A program made the translations under genes and the position numbers. The notes under the pieces are model-generated. The model did not search any database. It was not told the origin of the DNA and was given only the letters and a program-made list of their open reading frames with translations. From assembly GCF_009914755.1 (NCBI RefSeq), contig NC_060937.1: 64,000 nt of DNA. The stretch is one strand, 5' to 3'. Below are positions 1 through 13,700 of this stretch, one piece after another (position 1 is the first letter of the stretch; each line of letters starts with the position of its first letter). This DNA is from the human T2T-CHM13v2.0 reference genome, Homo sapiens.

Positions 1-15
1 AAATCCTCAAGAATG
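1..15 (+). CDS. Possible 3' end of an exon (putative splice donor ATG|GTAAGA at 15/16)
   Basis: Window starts AAATCCTCAAGAATG|GTAAGA, a good match to the GT donor consensus, and is open in all three frames over these 15 nt. Too short to identify; could be chance. Confidence 0.25.
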
Positions 16-768
16 GTAAGAGTGACCTTTTTGTTCTTCTTCAGTGAGTTTTAGTTTACTCTATTTTGAAGGCCAGGTATGTGTCATTGTATAGAAGAAT
101 CTGTCAAAAATTAGGATCACGTTTGATGTCACTTCTGAGCAACATGTTTCACGAAAGGTCTGAGAACTGACTTGGCAAGCCTTTCAAAATGGGAAAATTC
201 AGGATTAAACCTGTATTGGAGCCTACCGAGGGAAGTAGAGTTACATATGTAGTCTTCATCTGCTTGTGAAATAACTCTTTTCCTTTTTCATTCCAAAAGA
301 AGTAATGTATTGACTGCCTTATGGATTTGATTAATAAAATGCATCTTGCTCAAATCCAGTTTTTACAAGAGGTGATGGTAAATCCCTTTAAAGGAGGGTT
401 TTAAGGCTGTGGCCGAAATGACTTAAGGGGACTAAGGCACTGAATCGTAAAACCTTACCTGAGATTTTTCCTAGGTTAGATACCAATGTTTTAGATACAA
501 TTTTGTTGGTGTGGGTATAAGAATAGCATACACTGCTTGAAAAAGATTATACTAGCTGACCACAGAATTTCTGTGTTACTTATGCTGGATAACCATAAAT
601 ATTTAAGAAGTGCCTAAGAAAAACCTAGGGTTCCAGTTTCAGAATTATATTAAAAAGAATCCAATCATCTAATCTGTTTCAAGGATGGTTCTAGCATCGG
701 TTGTTGATTACATTGAGTATCAGCATAAATTTACATAACAATGAAACAGAATTGACTGTTTTTTCCAG

Positions 769-818
769 CTGTGCAGACATGTAAAAGTATCATGCTGATG
801 AATTTGATTGACATTTAG
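769..818 (+). CDS. Possible short terminal exon (acceptor TGTTTTTTCCAG|C at 768/769)
   Basis: Pyrimidine tract plus CAG acceptor 753 nt after the donor at 16. Depending on phase the spliced product reads ...KSSRMLCRHVKVSC* (stop 796-798), ...ILKNAVQTCKSIMLMNLIDI* (stop 816-818) or ...NPQECCADM* (stop 782-784). It is followed by repeat-poor AT-rich sequence with AATAAA at 954-959 and 2809-2814. No gene recognised. Confidence 0.25.
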
Positions 819-1597
819 TGAGGAAAGTTTCTTCCCGTCATTCTGTCATCAACTATGGATGCTACCTGAATTTACAATGACCCAATCTTTCCCTTCAAAT
901 ATTTACACTTGGGGAGCCATTTATGCTCATTAATAGGATTGGACAAGATAACAAATAAAAAGATGAGGATGAAAATTACCTCAAATACTTAGACAAATTG
1001 ACCTAAATAGAAGATAAAAGCTTGTTTAAAGTTCTTAATTTGTGAAACTGTTTTCAAAGAGTACATCCATTGCTTCCGTTTACACATAACGAAATTGAAA
1101 TACAATCAAAATGACAATATAGATAATAGAATTCACTTAAACCATGTATTCTCAAAGACAAGAACTTCCTATATATTCATAGATTACAGAGCTCACTTGG
1201 ACAATTATACTCATGAACTTACCAGTTTCTTTTGAATACTTCCATAGTTCAAATAGAATATTATTTTATATAGTCTTTTCCAAATTGCCTAATCATGAAC
1301 TCAGAAGGATTGAACTGATTAAATGGAAACTAATTAATTCTGAATTATTCAATATACTTCACATTTATTTGGATCAAAATCTGATCCAAATAATGATTCA
1401 TATGAATCAAAAATATTGATTAATACAAATATCTCAGATAAAATTCTGTACTATTCCTGATAGAAGTGTATTACATTAAGGAATAGCCTTTAAAATTTTT
1501 TGAGTAAGTCTTAAGTCTCATATCTCTGCAATGTAATAATTTATCTTTCTCATTGAGGTTTAGTTAATAGATAAGGACAATGATTATGGCGTATTGT

Positions 1598-1690
1598 CAT
1601 ACTACTTACCCATACAAAGAAAACATACTACTTAGCCATACTACTTACCCATACAAAGAAAAACATACTACTTACCCATACAAAGAAAAA
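1598..1690. repeat. 26-27 bp minisatellite, 3 full copies plus one half unit
   Basis: CATACTACTTACCCATACAAAGAAAA(A) at 1598, 1637 and 1664, with half unit CATACTACTTAGC at 1624-1636. Confidence 0.95.
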
Positions 1691-4019
1691 TGAATTTTGC
1701 TTCCGCATGTCTTATTTCAAACCACTTTTTAACATGCATTTCTTCATAGATACATATATATTTAACCTTTACATCCTAAATAGGTTAAAAAGAAGTTGTA
1801 ATTCGATTTCATTTTATTTTTGTTTATGGAGGCCTACAATGTCTTCCTAGAGCACAAAAGCAAACAGAAGTCAGAGACCCTCCTTTGCAATCTGAAACAG
1901 ACCTGTGGCTGGCTCCATGACGGCTGTGCCATGGAGGTGGGGCAGCTGGCGCCTGTGCTTTTGAACCCGCCTGTCCTGATATTAACAACATCAGCCTTGA
2001 GACTTGAGCTCAGGCCTGGCCCCTAACTTTAAGCAAAGCATCGGAAATGGTATTCATAAAATCTGGATGCTGCTGGGACATTGAAATCGAAGTAATCAAA
2101 GCCCAGTCTGTGGCACAGAGGGAAGTAATATTTCCATGTAACTATACGGTAATTCCCAAATTACTAATTCGGTAAGTAAGCTATTAAGTGCAGCTTTTAG
2201 AGTGAAGACAGTGATCGAGACTGATACAGAGAACAGATAAACATCGGAAAATCTTAAAAGGCTATGGAGAAGAATTTAGGTACACTTAATGACAGAGTAG
2301 CTCTGTGGAAATACGAGATCAAATAAGGAGAACATAACGATTATATCTTAAAATTGAAACTTCTGCATATTACAATAGGAAAATCGGCAATAAATAGTCA
2401 ATCATCATGATGTTTGGATAAATTCTAGAAACCTAACATTTATTTAGTTTTGTTGATTCTTAAACCAAATTATTTATGTAATTGTGCACATATGCACTCC
2501 AGAATTAGAGATGCTTACATTTGAGTTCAGTTTATCGTAAAGGAGGCTCAACTTCTTTAACAGAAAAAAAGATGATAAATATTCTTGTCTTGAAATGTAA
2601 TTAGGTTTAAATGTGATAGCGTATGAGAAAGCAGCAAGTGTCACTTTCTTTCCTTTCAAATATGAGATATTCAATAATACTAATAGAGCTGTTTACCATT
2701 TTACCATTTCCCTAAAATATTTAAGCATGTTATTCATTGGTAGTGAAAATTTTAAGTCTTGAATACGTTTAGGAAATAGAATAAACATATCTATTAGAAA
2801 AGATAAAAAATAAAAAGAGCTGTATGCCAATACCATTGTATGTTCTATTAATATATTTTATGTTTGCAGTAAAGTCTTGCTAGATAGTACCTACTACTAT
2901 AGTACAGGAATTATGCAATGAAATATCAAATTGGCTCCTCTACTTTAGGAGGCCAAATCAAAACTTCACAGCAACAGTAATCAAAACAAACTTTTGAGCC
3001 TGTGTATCAAATTGTTTCCCACCTGTTGGGGTGAATGGTGTATTTAGATTAGGGGCCCTTCAGGATCTGCAGGTGCTGGGTCAGCTCCTACCCTCTGAGC
3101 CTTGTGATAACCTTCACGGTTACAGGGAACTTCTCGTGAAGGTGAGCAATGGAGAGGAGCTGAGAAACCCAAAAAGAGGAAGGAGTGAATGGATGACGTG
3201 GGACCTTACTCTGTGTTGCATCCCCTGGCAGAGCAATTAAAGGTAAGGTGAAGTCCAGACTGGAGTGCCACCCAGGTCAAAATCCCCCCCACCGCATCAA
3301 GCAGCATGTTCGACTGGCAAATTTTCCCTTTATCAAATATTTATAAATTAAGGGAAGGCTTACCTTCAATTAAATTGCTTTATTTAGTTAAAACCTAGCA
3401 AAAATCAGTAATACTCAGAAATTGGGAATTCCTTGACTGGAAGGTGAAACTGAAGGACATAGAGCCATTCCAGCCATGGGTGGGGAGTTTTGAACATTTG
3501 AGAGCAGCCTTTGAGCTCTGTTCTCCAGGAGCATAAAGGAGGAGCCAGAATGGGAGAGAAGAGAGCTTTAAACATTTTTCCAGACAATTCCCCTCAATAC
3601 ATACACACTTTGTAACAGAGACAACTGGTTCAGTATTATACGTGTTGCAAATTTTAAAACCTTAGTATGGATTTGTTTCAGATTTAATACACTGCATATT
3701 TATGTTCTCAATCTTTGGTCATTAGACTTGAGTTTGATAGTCATTACTAAGTCCTAATAGTTAAACAAAAGAAAATGAATGGATATATTCTTTAATTATA
3801 AGATCGCTTTCCTAAATAGAAAATGAAAATCCCCTGGAGTTTCTGGAATGTCTTTTAAAAATAATTTATTATTGCAATGAACTAGACTCTCTTGCAAAGA
3901 GCCTAGTGATGCTTGTGTACCTTTGCACGTTTTTTTTTTTTCTTTTTCCAACCTTTTCTGGGCCTCTAGGGCCCTCTTTAGGATCTGAATACACAAACAT
4001 ATTTTGCACATGTGGGTGT

Positions 4020-4420
4020 TAGGAAAATGCTATTTGATGATAATGATGATGATTTCCTGAAAGTAAGGGTTGCTCATCAGAGGAATGTGTGACTGTTGGA
4101 GGCTTTTGATTAGTTTCTCTTGATCTCTTTTAAAAATAGGATGGTTTTGCTCATCTGTATGGGATGGTAAGAGGGAAGGGTAGTCTTGTCTAAAGGCAGA
4201 AAAAGGATGGTCTGACATCAAAACCCCTTCTAATTTTATGATTCTAAGAAGTAGGATCATTTATTCTGAAGAAAAGGCTCAAAGGTTTAGTGTGTAGAAG
4301 ATGGTGACCAGCTGCTCTTCCCTCACTGATTACAGAAAAGGAAATGTGTTTAAATTTGAGCATGAGCGATTGAGGCTTTGAGGGAAGAATTTCCCAACAC
4401 CAAGGCTATGTCAAAATCAA
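4020..4420 (+). mobile_element. CR1/L3 LINE 3' fragments (ancient)
   Basis: GATGGTCTGACATCAAAACCCCTTCTAATTTTATGATTCTAAG (~4206-4248) resembles the L3/CR1 3' terminus, and GAGGGAAGAATTTCCCAACA (~4380-4399) resembles the L3 3' region. Highly diverged. Confidence 0.45.
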
Positions 4421-5410
4421 GGACAAAAGGAGTCAGAAAATGAATCAGTACATGTCCCCAAGTAGCAGTCTCCTCAAGGTCGAAGAGAACCCTATAATGA
4501 GCAGAGGAGAGTGCACCTATATTTTGTTTCTCTTTCTGTCTCTCTCAACATTAGTCTAGTCTTAACTTAGGAAAAATTATAGCACTGTGAATTGTTCATA
4601 TGAATTCCTGAAGAGCATGGTGATTTATCTGGACCTTCGAATGCCTGGGTTAATGCTCATTAATTTGCATTTGTTAAGAGCTATCAAAGAGTTTATGGGG
4701 TGCAGCTCGGGGCCACTAGAAGAGGATTTTAATGTGCTGTTACATTTCTATGTCTCTGTCGCTTAAGAACGACCATGTGTTGTGAATTGTACTAATTTTA
4801 TTAATTACAGATGTACACACATTGACATTAAAATATTATATTAAAGTCACTGCTCTCCCAATCTTCCACATTAGGTAAAATTATATGAATTCAGATTTTT
4901 TAAAGTGGTTTTGCTTGAGGTTTTTGGAAATGTTATTTTAGAAACGATTAAAAGAAGAAGTCAAGGACCTTATCCAGAAATGGTCCTAATATATTGGTAG
5001 AAAATGCTTTACAAGCATTCTCTGTATTCTTTATCTGCTTAAACCTTTGGAATAAAGAGAGTGATTGATTAAAATCTATTTGTAATCAGCTATTATGAGG
5101 CATGAAACAACATGACAATACCAAATAATAAAAATATCTATAAACCCTATATAAAACTGATTACTTACAACATTATTTTCCTTCATGCCTAACAGCTTAA
5201 AAATATCTATTACAAAATATCATTATCAACAGAACTATATTATTTAACTCTTTTACATTATGGACAAACTAATGAGTTTCTATAATTAAAATATCTCTCC
5301 ATATAAATTTATTGTGACAATTATTAAATGCTAAAAAAAGTCAAATACTCAACATTTAAGATCACCACTAGGATCTACATCAAAAGTCTTCCAATTATTA
5401 TGTAATAATA

Positions 5411-5411
<1 letters not shown>

Positions 5412-5447
<36 letters not shown>
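5412..5447. repeat. (CA)18 microsatellite
   Basis: Perfect CA dinucleotide run. Confidence 0.98.
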
Positions 5448-5449
<2 letters not shown>

Positions 5450-5544
5450 ATTGCTTGAGATGCTGTATTTTTGATCACTGGGAAAAAAACCCTAAATGTT
5501 ATTTGAATTGACAGAGATTTCAGAATATTTACATACGGCTAATT

Positions 5545-6015
5545 ATATTGGTTTGGAGGCACCCAGCTACAAATAATAAAAAAGAGTTTAACAGTGAGAA
5601 AAAATGTATTCTGTCTTATCACCAGGAGTTCCTAGGGTAAGGTGGCTCAAGGGTTGTCTGTTCTCACCAGGTCACCCTAGACAGGACTCTCCCCATGCTC
5701 AGTGGGCATGAGAACTTCCAGTTCTTACGTACACACATGACCTTGTCCGGCAGAAGAAAAAGAACTGTTCCCCCCTCTCTTTCTTTTGCCAAAAGAAACC
5801 TTTTCTGAGAAGCCTCCCAGCACAGCTCTCTTCACTTTCCACTTGACAGAACTAGGTTGTGTTCCCTTGCTAGTCTGCTGGGATTACCAAGACTGGCTTC
5901 GGATGACTGAGACTTACCCCAGGGCTGCTGGTAACGTCATCTTCCGTAAATGCGTGGTTATACCAAGGAGGCTGCCAAGAAGTAAAAAGAACACTGTTGA
6001 GTAGGCAACAAATAC
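5545..6015 (-). mobile_element. Old MaLR solo LTR (MLT1K/L-like)
   Basis: Ends in TGTTGAGTAGGCAACAAATA, the reverse complement of the MLT1K-type start GGTTGCCTACCCA. Internal GAAACCTTTTCTGAGAAGCCTCCCAGCA...GACAGAACTAGGTTG is typical of old MLT1. Confidence 0.5.
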
Positions 6016-7051
6016 CGTCTCCAAAAATACACACACATCCAAAGTAAACATATTTTCTGTTTTATTTGTTAAGCCATAATGTGATAGAAATGTCATCCTG
6101 TATGCATATCCACACACATATACCAAGAAAAGAAGTGAAAACAGTAATAAAAGCAAACCAAAGAAATCAGACTAATCACAATCATTCACATCAAGAAACA
6201 GAGACCAACTCTTCTAATTCCACTTGCTTACTGCACCAGCCAGATGGAAAGTTGCTTTTAAATTATGCCAGATTTTTCAAACCATCATAACAAAATGTAG
6301 TTATCATTTTTGCATGCTTTTCATACTGAAGTAAAAGAAACATCTTAGAGTTTATTCTTAATATAACCAAATTCTTAATATTTTCATTTATTCAGTGAAC
6401 TGGAAAGTAACTCTTTAATAATGAAAACATTGATGTCTTTGGATATTTTGTCTAAAGAATATGCTCATATACTTTAATATTGCATGTATACAATTATCTG
6501 TTATTATTATAAGATTGTAATTTGATCTTGATTACAGAACATTTCATTCTTAATACAATATGCTATTTGGTAATTTTTCTACAAGCCAAAGAAAACAGAT
6601 TATTTAAAATTCACATAAATTTGAAATGTGCTTATATTTTAGATGTGATGTGGTTAGCACTGGTATTTTTTCTAAGTTCCACGGATGTTAACAATACTTC
6701 GACTCTTTAATCAAAATTCAAGGTGCAGTGGTTCAAGAAAGAAACATTGATAATTTTACAACAACCGGTTACTTCTATTTGTGACTGGGAAATAAACTCT
6801 ACTTTTCCTTACTTAAATTAATGACAATTTAACAAAAAAATGATACAAGATTTATGAGAATAGAATAGTTAATATTACTGTCAAATGTAGATGAGATTAC
6901 TCTAGATATTAAATTGCTATTTATCATTTTAAAGGCAACATATATATTTTGTATTGGATTACCATTATAACTATTGAATATCAAATAACTTTTCAAATAA
7001 AGTTCCAGAATCAAGTAATATATTTCAGAGGAACACTTAGGTAGAGTGATA

Positions 7052-7474
7052 ACAACTGATTTTTGTCTACCCAATATCAATCCCCCCATTCCCAAGAGAT
7101 GAAATACAATTGGCCTAACAACTCCATGTTCCCACCTTCCATCCCTCTCTCACACCTAGACACGGACACATGACCCAGTTTCTGCCAAAAAGGTGTTAAG
7201 TATATGACTGCCAAGAGGCTTCTAGGAAGGCTTTTTGCTTTCCTGATGATGCAGAATGAATGACGCTGTATCCTACCCTCTTCTTGTTTTGAATGTAGGC
7301 ATGAAGTCTAAAGCAAAAGCAATCACTAGCTTTCAGTCCTTGACACCATTGTTGCTAATCCAATGTCAACAGGATTCCAGGAGATTTAAGGAAAAAGAAA
7401 AGACTCATCATTTGTTTAAAACTCTATGAGTTAGATTTTCTTTTACGTGTAGCTGAAGGCTTTCCTAATTCATA
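7052..7474 (+). mobile_element. Old MaLR solo LTR (MLT1K/L-like)
   Basis: TTTGTCTACCCAATATCAATCCCC start, GGACACATGACCCAGTTTCTGCCAA core, GGCTTCTAGGAAGGCTTTTTGCTTTCCTGA, and 3' TTTGTTTAAACTCTATGAGTTAGATTTTC...GTAGCTGAAGGC...CCTAAT. Confidence 0.55.
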
Positions 7475-7716
7475 TTGAGAGCTTTAACAGAAAAACTCAT
7501 TATTTAGAAATTGGATTTTATCATATCACCAAATTCTTTGGTCAAATAACAATTTGATTTAGGATATCTACTTACATGCTTTCTTTGGGTCTTTCCTTGC
7601 TCCTCATTCATGTGTTTGCCTGAAGTCTCTATGAAATATCTACATTAACAAATAATTATCCTCCTAGACTAGAGCACACAGGATTTGAAAATCAATCTTA
7701 ATATAAATTCCTTGAA

Positions 7717-7777
7717 AACCAGATAGCTTGATCTACAAATGTTTTAGAACCAGATAGCTTGATCTACAAATGTTTTA
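7717..7777. repeat. Tandem duplication, 31-bp period, two copies
   Basis: AACCAGATAGCTTGATCTACAAATGTTTTA is identical at 7717-7746 and 7748-7777. Confidence 0.95.
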
Positions 7778-7911
7778 AAAGACTTTCTTAAATCCATGGT
7801 GTGGGTGGGGAGCTGTGGACGAAATAAGACATAAAGATTCCCAGTTGGGTCTTACACTAGTATTTGTACATGTCTTAGGATACCTCATAAACTTCTTCCA
7901 GCAGTTTATTT

Positions 7912-8217
7912 TTATTTTTTATTCACTTTTATTTTTTGAGATGGAGTTTTGCTCTGCTGCCCAGGCTGAAGTGCAGTGGAGCAACGTTGGCTGACCGCAA
8001 CCTCCACCTCCCAGGTTCAAGTGATTCTCCAGCCTCAGCCTTCTGAGTAGCTGGGACTACAGGCGTGTGCCACCAGACCTGGCTCATTTTTGTATTTTTA
8101 GTAGAGACGAGTTTCACCATGTTGGCCAGGCTGATCTCGAAGTCCTGACCTCAAGTGATCCACCTGCCTCATCTCCCAAAATGCTGAGATTACAGGTGTT
8201 AGCCACCACGCCTGGCC
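7912..8217 (-). mobile_element. Alu SINE (AluS-type), full length
   Basis: Reverse Alu (GAGATGGAGTTTTGCTCTG...CCACCACGCCTGGCC) with T-rich tail. 16-bp TSD TTCCAGCAGTTTATTT at 7896-7911 and 8218-8233. Confidence 0.97.
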
Positions 8218-9699
8218 TTCCAGCAGTTTATTTATATGGATGATACCCCTGGAAGGCAAAACACTAGTGTGATGAGAAGGTGCCATGCACAGTAAGATTA
8301 AAAACAACACAGCCTCAGTGGCAAAAGCAAAGCAAGGCTTAAGACAACATAACATCTGCCATTACAATTTTTTTCTGGTCCTTTCCACACTTGATTCATA
8401 TACCACCCCTATAAACTGCAAATGGACCATGTTATAAACAATAGCTAGCAGTTTCCACTTCTGGTTAGGAATTAGAAAGCCATAAGAGAACTACAAATGA
8501 GAACAAGATGGATAACTTGAAAACAACAATAACAAAACACAGTTTATAAGAGCCAATGAAGAGCTGGAGATGCAAAAAAAGCCTAACTGAAAGAAAATCT
8601 AGAAAGTCATGATCTCTTCCTATGAGAGAGGAATGAAGTGCTTCCCTGATGCTAGGTGGAGTGATGGGAAGAGGAGGAGGGATTTGCCAGCAAAGGGATG
8701 TGAGAAACAAGTCCAATTTTCAACACATTTTAAAAAGCTTATGAAGTGTGATGACTCAGGTCCCTGAGGAAGCTCCATCAGAGGCAGCTCTGCACCCACC
8801 CACCTCTCTGTCCCAGGGGGCCTTTACTTTAGTACATGGACATAATGCACCCAAGTTTGGGGGCACAGTAGGGGATCTGAAAAATGGAGGCTTATATAGC
8901 TGACTTGAGGCTGGGAGCAGCTCAGGAGAGCCATGAGAAAACCCTCTAAGCCAAAAAGCTGTTGCGGAAAGCTGGGTAGAGTAGGACAGCAGTGGGAAAC
9001 ACCTCCAAGGCTCCCGGGGACTTCACTGAGTCCACTCAAGCCTCAAAGGCTCAGAGCTGAGCAGCAAAGCGTAGAAATCTGAGTTGTGAAAAGGCTGGGT
9101 GAGCAACCAGACAGCAAAGAGAATTCACTGGAAGCCCGGACTCAGGGAGTCAGCAGCTGGGTTATAAAGCCCAAAGAGAAATCCGAGGCTCTCCCTTGCT
9201 TAGATCTCATGCCCTGTTAAATGGAAGGGATCGTAAAAAATTACAAGACATGAAGAAGCTATATATATATACATTATAGGATGTATAAACATAACTATGC
9301 CATATGGGCAAGGGAAGAAAGAGAAATAGAGGCAGTTCCAAATATAGATGTTGAAATTATCAGAGAGGAGTTTTATATTAAATATAATAGATATGTCAGA
9401 TAATCTAACACTATTTTTAGACAATTTTTCAGAAAAAAAATGAAGAATTTTAGCAGAGAAATAAACACAACTAAAAAGCCAAATGTCAAGAATAGGGAAA
9501 AAAAATAAAATATAGAGATGGGGAATTAATTGGACAGGTCTATTAGTAAACTGGCATACCAAAGAAAAGAATCAGTAAACAAGAAGATAGATCAATAGAA
9601 ATCACCCACATTGAAATATAAGAAAAAAAAAAGGAGGGAGGGAGAGATGGAGAGGAAGAAGGAGAAAAATACAGAAGAGAAGAAGGAAAGGAGAGCCAT

Positions 9700-9987
9700 G
9701 CCTGTAATCCCAGTACTTTGGCAGGCCAAGGTGGGTGTATCATCTGAGGTCAGGAGTTCGAGACCAGCCTGACCAACATGGTGAAACCCCATCTCTATTA
9801 AAATACAAAATTAACTGGGCATGGTGGCAGGCACCTGTAGTCCCAGCTACTCGGGAGGCTGAGGCAGCAGAATCACTTGAACCCAGGAGGTAGAGGTTTC
9901 AGTGAGCCGAGATTGCACCACTGCACTCCAGCCTGGGTGACAGAGTGAGACTCCTCTCAAAAATAAAATAAAATAAAATAAAAACGA
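9700..9987 (+). mobile_element. Alu SINE (AluSx-like), 5'-truncated by about 20 nt
   Basis: Starts at GCCTGTAATCCCAG, has an (AAAAT)n tail, and carries TSD AAAGGAGAGCCAT at 9687-9699 and 9988-10000. Confidence 0.97.
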
Positions 9988-10317
9988 AAAGGAGAGCCAT
10001 CTGAGATGTGTAGAAAATATTATGCCATCAAATATATTTACGTTAAGGGTCTTGTAAAAAGAGGACAGATAATGAGGTAGAAGACATTTTTGAAGAGAAC
10101 ATGGGTGACAATTTTCTAAATTAGATGAAATATATCAACTCACATATATAAGAAACAGTAAATACATTCAAATATAACAAGAACTAGGCAAACGATCATC
10201 AAATCGGTGATGAAAACCAAACATGAATAGAAAATCTTGAAAGAGGCTGGAGGAGATAAAAAACACGCATTGTGCTCATAAGATGAATGAAACTAGAAGA
10301 CCATAAAATGTTTTTAA

Positions 10318-10777
<460 letters not shown>

Positions 10778-13700
10778 CTATAAAAAATGCTGAGGTAACT
10801 TCTTCAGGCTGAAGAGGAAAAATACCAGGTTGGAAGGAAGAAAAAGCCCCAGAAAGGGTAAACATTTTTAAAACAACAAAAATTTCCAATTAAATATGTG
10901 GATAAATATAATCACAAAGCTTTAAACTACATAAATGTAACAATTTAAAAAACTGAAGGAGAATTACAGAAAAGACTCCAATCACAGACATTAAACATGC
11001 TTTTTCAGCAATTAATATAACTAATAGATAAAAAATTAATAAGGACCTAGAAGACTTCAACAATATCAATATTAGTCTAAATGACACATATAGAACATTA
11101 TATTCAACAATTGAAGAATACACTTTATCTGTTCTATGCATATAAAACATTCCCTCAGGTAGATCACCATCTCAACCACAAAGCAAGTTGTGATAAATTT
11201 AAAAGGATTGAAATAATACATGACATTTTTCTCTGACTATAATGGTATTCTATTAGAAATCACAAACAATAGTATAATATATCTGTAAAAATTCCCAAAT
11301 ATTTGGGAAGCAACATAATTTTAAATAATCTGTATGTAAAAGTGGAACTGACAAGGGAAATTAGGAAATATTTCAAATTGAACAATAATAAAAATAAACC
11401 CTATAAAATTTTGAAAGGTAAAATTTGAAGAATACAGCTAAATCAGTTGTAAGAGGAAACTTTCATCTTTAAATGCCTATATTAGAAAATAAGCAAAGTC
11501 TAAAATCAGTTATCATCTATGCTTTTATCTTAAAGATAGAAAAAAGCACAAATTAAACCCAAAATAAGTAAAGGAAATAAAATATTGATGGGAACTTATA
11601 AACTCAAAAGAGACAAACAAAAAGACAATGTTATAAACCAATTTAATACATGGAGAAACCGTAACGGGCGTCTACTACAATGTGTTATTTTCTGGGAGTG
11701 CTGCTTGTTCAACACTTCTCATTTTTCCCTGGAGTAGACAGAACTCTCACCTCCTAGGCATGTGCAGCTTCTTGTACCCTGCTCACAATTTCCTCTGATA
11801 AGAATGATCTTGCTCTGCTTAAAGAAAAAAGAATGCTTGACTCATTTTCATTTGGGGTTCTCTCTTTTTTGGAGCCATCCTCGCCGTTGGACATGCATGT
11901 TATTTGCTGCTGGATGCTGAAAATTTCTAAAGACTAGCATTTCACAGTTGTTAGGAAAAAAAGCCTGCCAATTTAGTAATATGTTTAATTCAAGAGAAAA
12001 AGTTGGGAAGCCCAAATGTATGATCACAGTAGTGAGCCACCTTCTTCAACATCTGTAACAAAACTGGTATATATTGATCTGCATCACTGTGTTTTCTCCA
12101 TAGTTTCCAAATTCTAAAGGAAGGTTCTGGCTGAAACCCCGACACTAGCCAGTCCAGGCAGTGCCCTGCCCTTTGTGTCCGGAACCTTTCTGCCCTTCTT
12201 TCATGTTGGCCCTGCATTTTGACATCAGTGATGCCCTCTTGCATGAAGCACTTTACTTCTCTACATTCTCTATTTGAACTAGATAGAAAGGTCACTCATT
12301 ACATAAAGTGCAGAGGAGGATCAAGGAATCCAAAGGATATAGAAATTTACCCTCAGGTGATGCTAAGCACTTTATTAAAACTCTCACCAGCTCCGATTGA
12401 TGACAAATATCAAAACATGAGCAGCAGGAAAAGTTAAATATAATTCATTATGTCATTGTTGGAACAATTCACTAAGGTGAGAGTTAGGGACTAAGATGAC
12501 GCAGACTCCGTGCCTGTGTCCATATCTTCAGCATATTTCACTGTTTCTCAGGCTGACATTACCTTTAAAATCATCACCAGTTTACCTACAAGTGGTGGAA
12601 TGGAGACTGTCCTGGGCTTAAAAACTTGTGAGAATGTGTGTGATGACTCAGAGTGCAAAATGCTCTTTGCCAAAAAAATCATCCCCACATGACTGAAATT
12701 TACCCTCTGAAGGCTACAGAATACTCTGGTGACTTCTGAAGTGCCAGTCAATATTCTGGAATTCCAAACAGTTAATGCAGATCAAACAGGGCAGCATTTG
12801 AATCCCATTATTGAGTGAAAAATCTCAATAATCACAACTTCAGATTATGCATTAATGATTCCAGTACAAACTGAGGTGCGCCAAGGAACAATGCATCTCA
12901 AAGTATGCTCGAAACACGTGCTTACTGAACCCAGATGCGGCTGGTATCACATAAATATAAACACTGAAAATATTTTTCTATAAGAGGATAAATTAGGGAA
13001 GTGAGGTTTTATTCTTATTCAGTTTTGGTTAATTTTCTATTAATGTACTCTTTGATAGAATTGAAAAAGTGAAAATAAGATGCTCCGGACAACTACAAAC
13101 ATAATATTTAGGCATTACCAAAGTATTACATGAAATGCTAAGATCAAGTTGTAGAGTTACATGTGTGTATTAACCACCTGTTTCTTGTTGAAAAGTTGAA
13201 AGCATGGCAGTGTTCAGAACTGCATAGCAAAGATCTGGGTTAAACTGACAAAAACCAGGAAATTCGGAGTTAACTTTGTCACATCATATTTAGAATGCCT
13301 CTGATATAAAAATGAAATAAAACCACTAATGTTTGATGTCATATTTGTAAATAATATTGAAATGTGAAATCACTCTGTAATGTGTATGCCACTATTCTTG
13401 CCCAAAATTTGTTTTCCACTTCTTAGGTAAAATATAGAATACTCTGAACCAAAAAAAAAAAAAGCAATTTTTACAAGGCAAAGTCAGCCAGCCAACTGTA
13501 GAGTTGAACTGTTTGAAGTGACTGTATTGTCTAAGGCAGAATGGAGTTGAATCATAAAACACATGGAAATCGTTTCCATCAAATGATAGGACAAGAAAGG
13601 TGTCCTTGGATAGCTTAGCATGATGAATATAAACTGAGCATCAGGAAATTGATCTCTAATGCAGGTGTCTTTCATTTAATTTTTTCCCAAGGTAAGGTCA

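Noticed and set aside
13479-13697. Isolated strong donor CAAG|GTAAGG at 13691/13692 (similar donors near 2171, 3242 and 59308)
   Set aside because: No convincing paired acceptor with an open frame. Such motifs are expected by chance in 64 kb.
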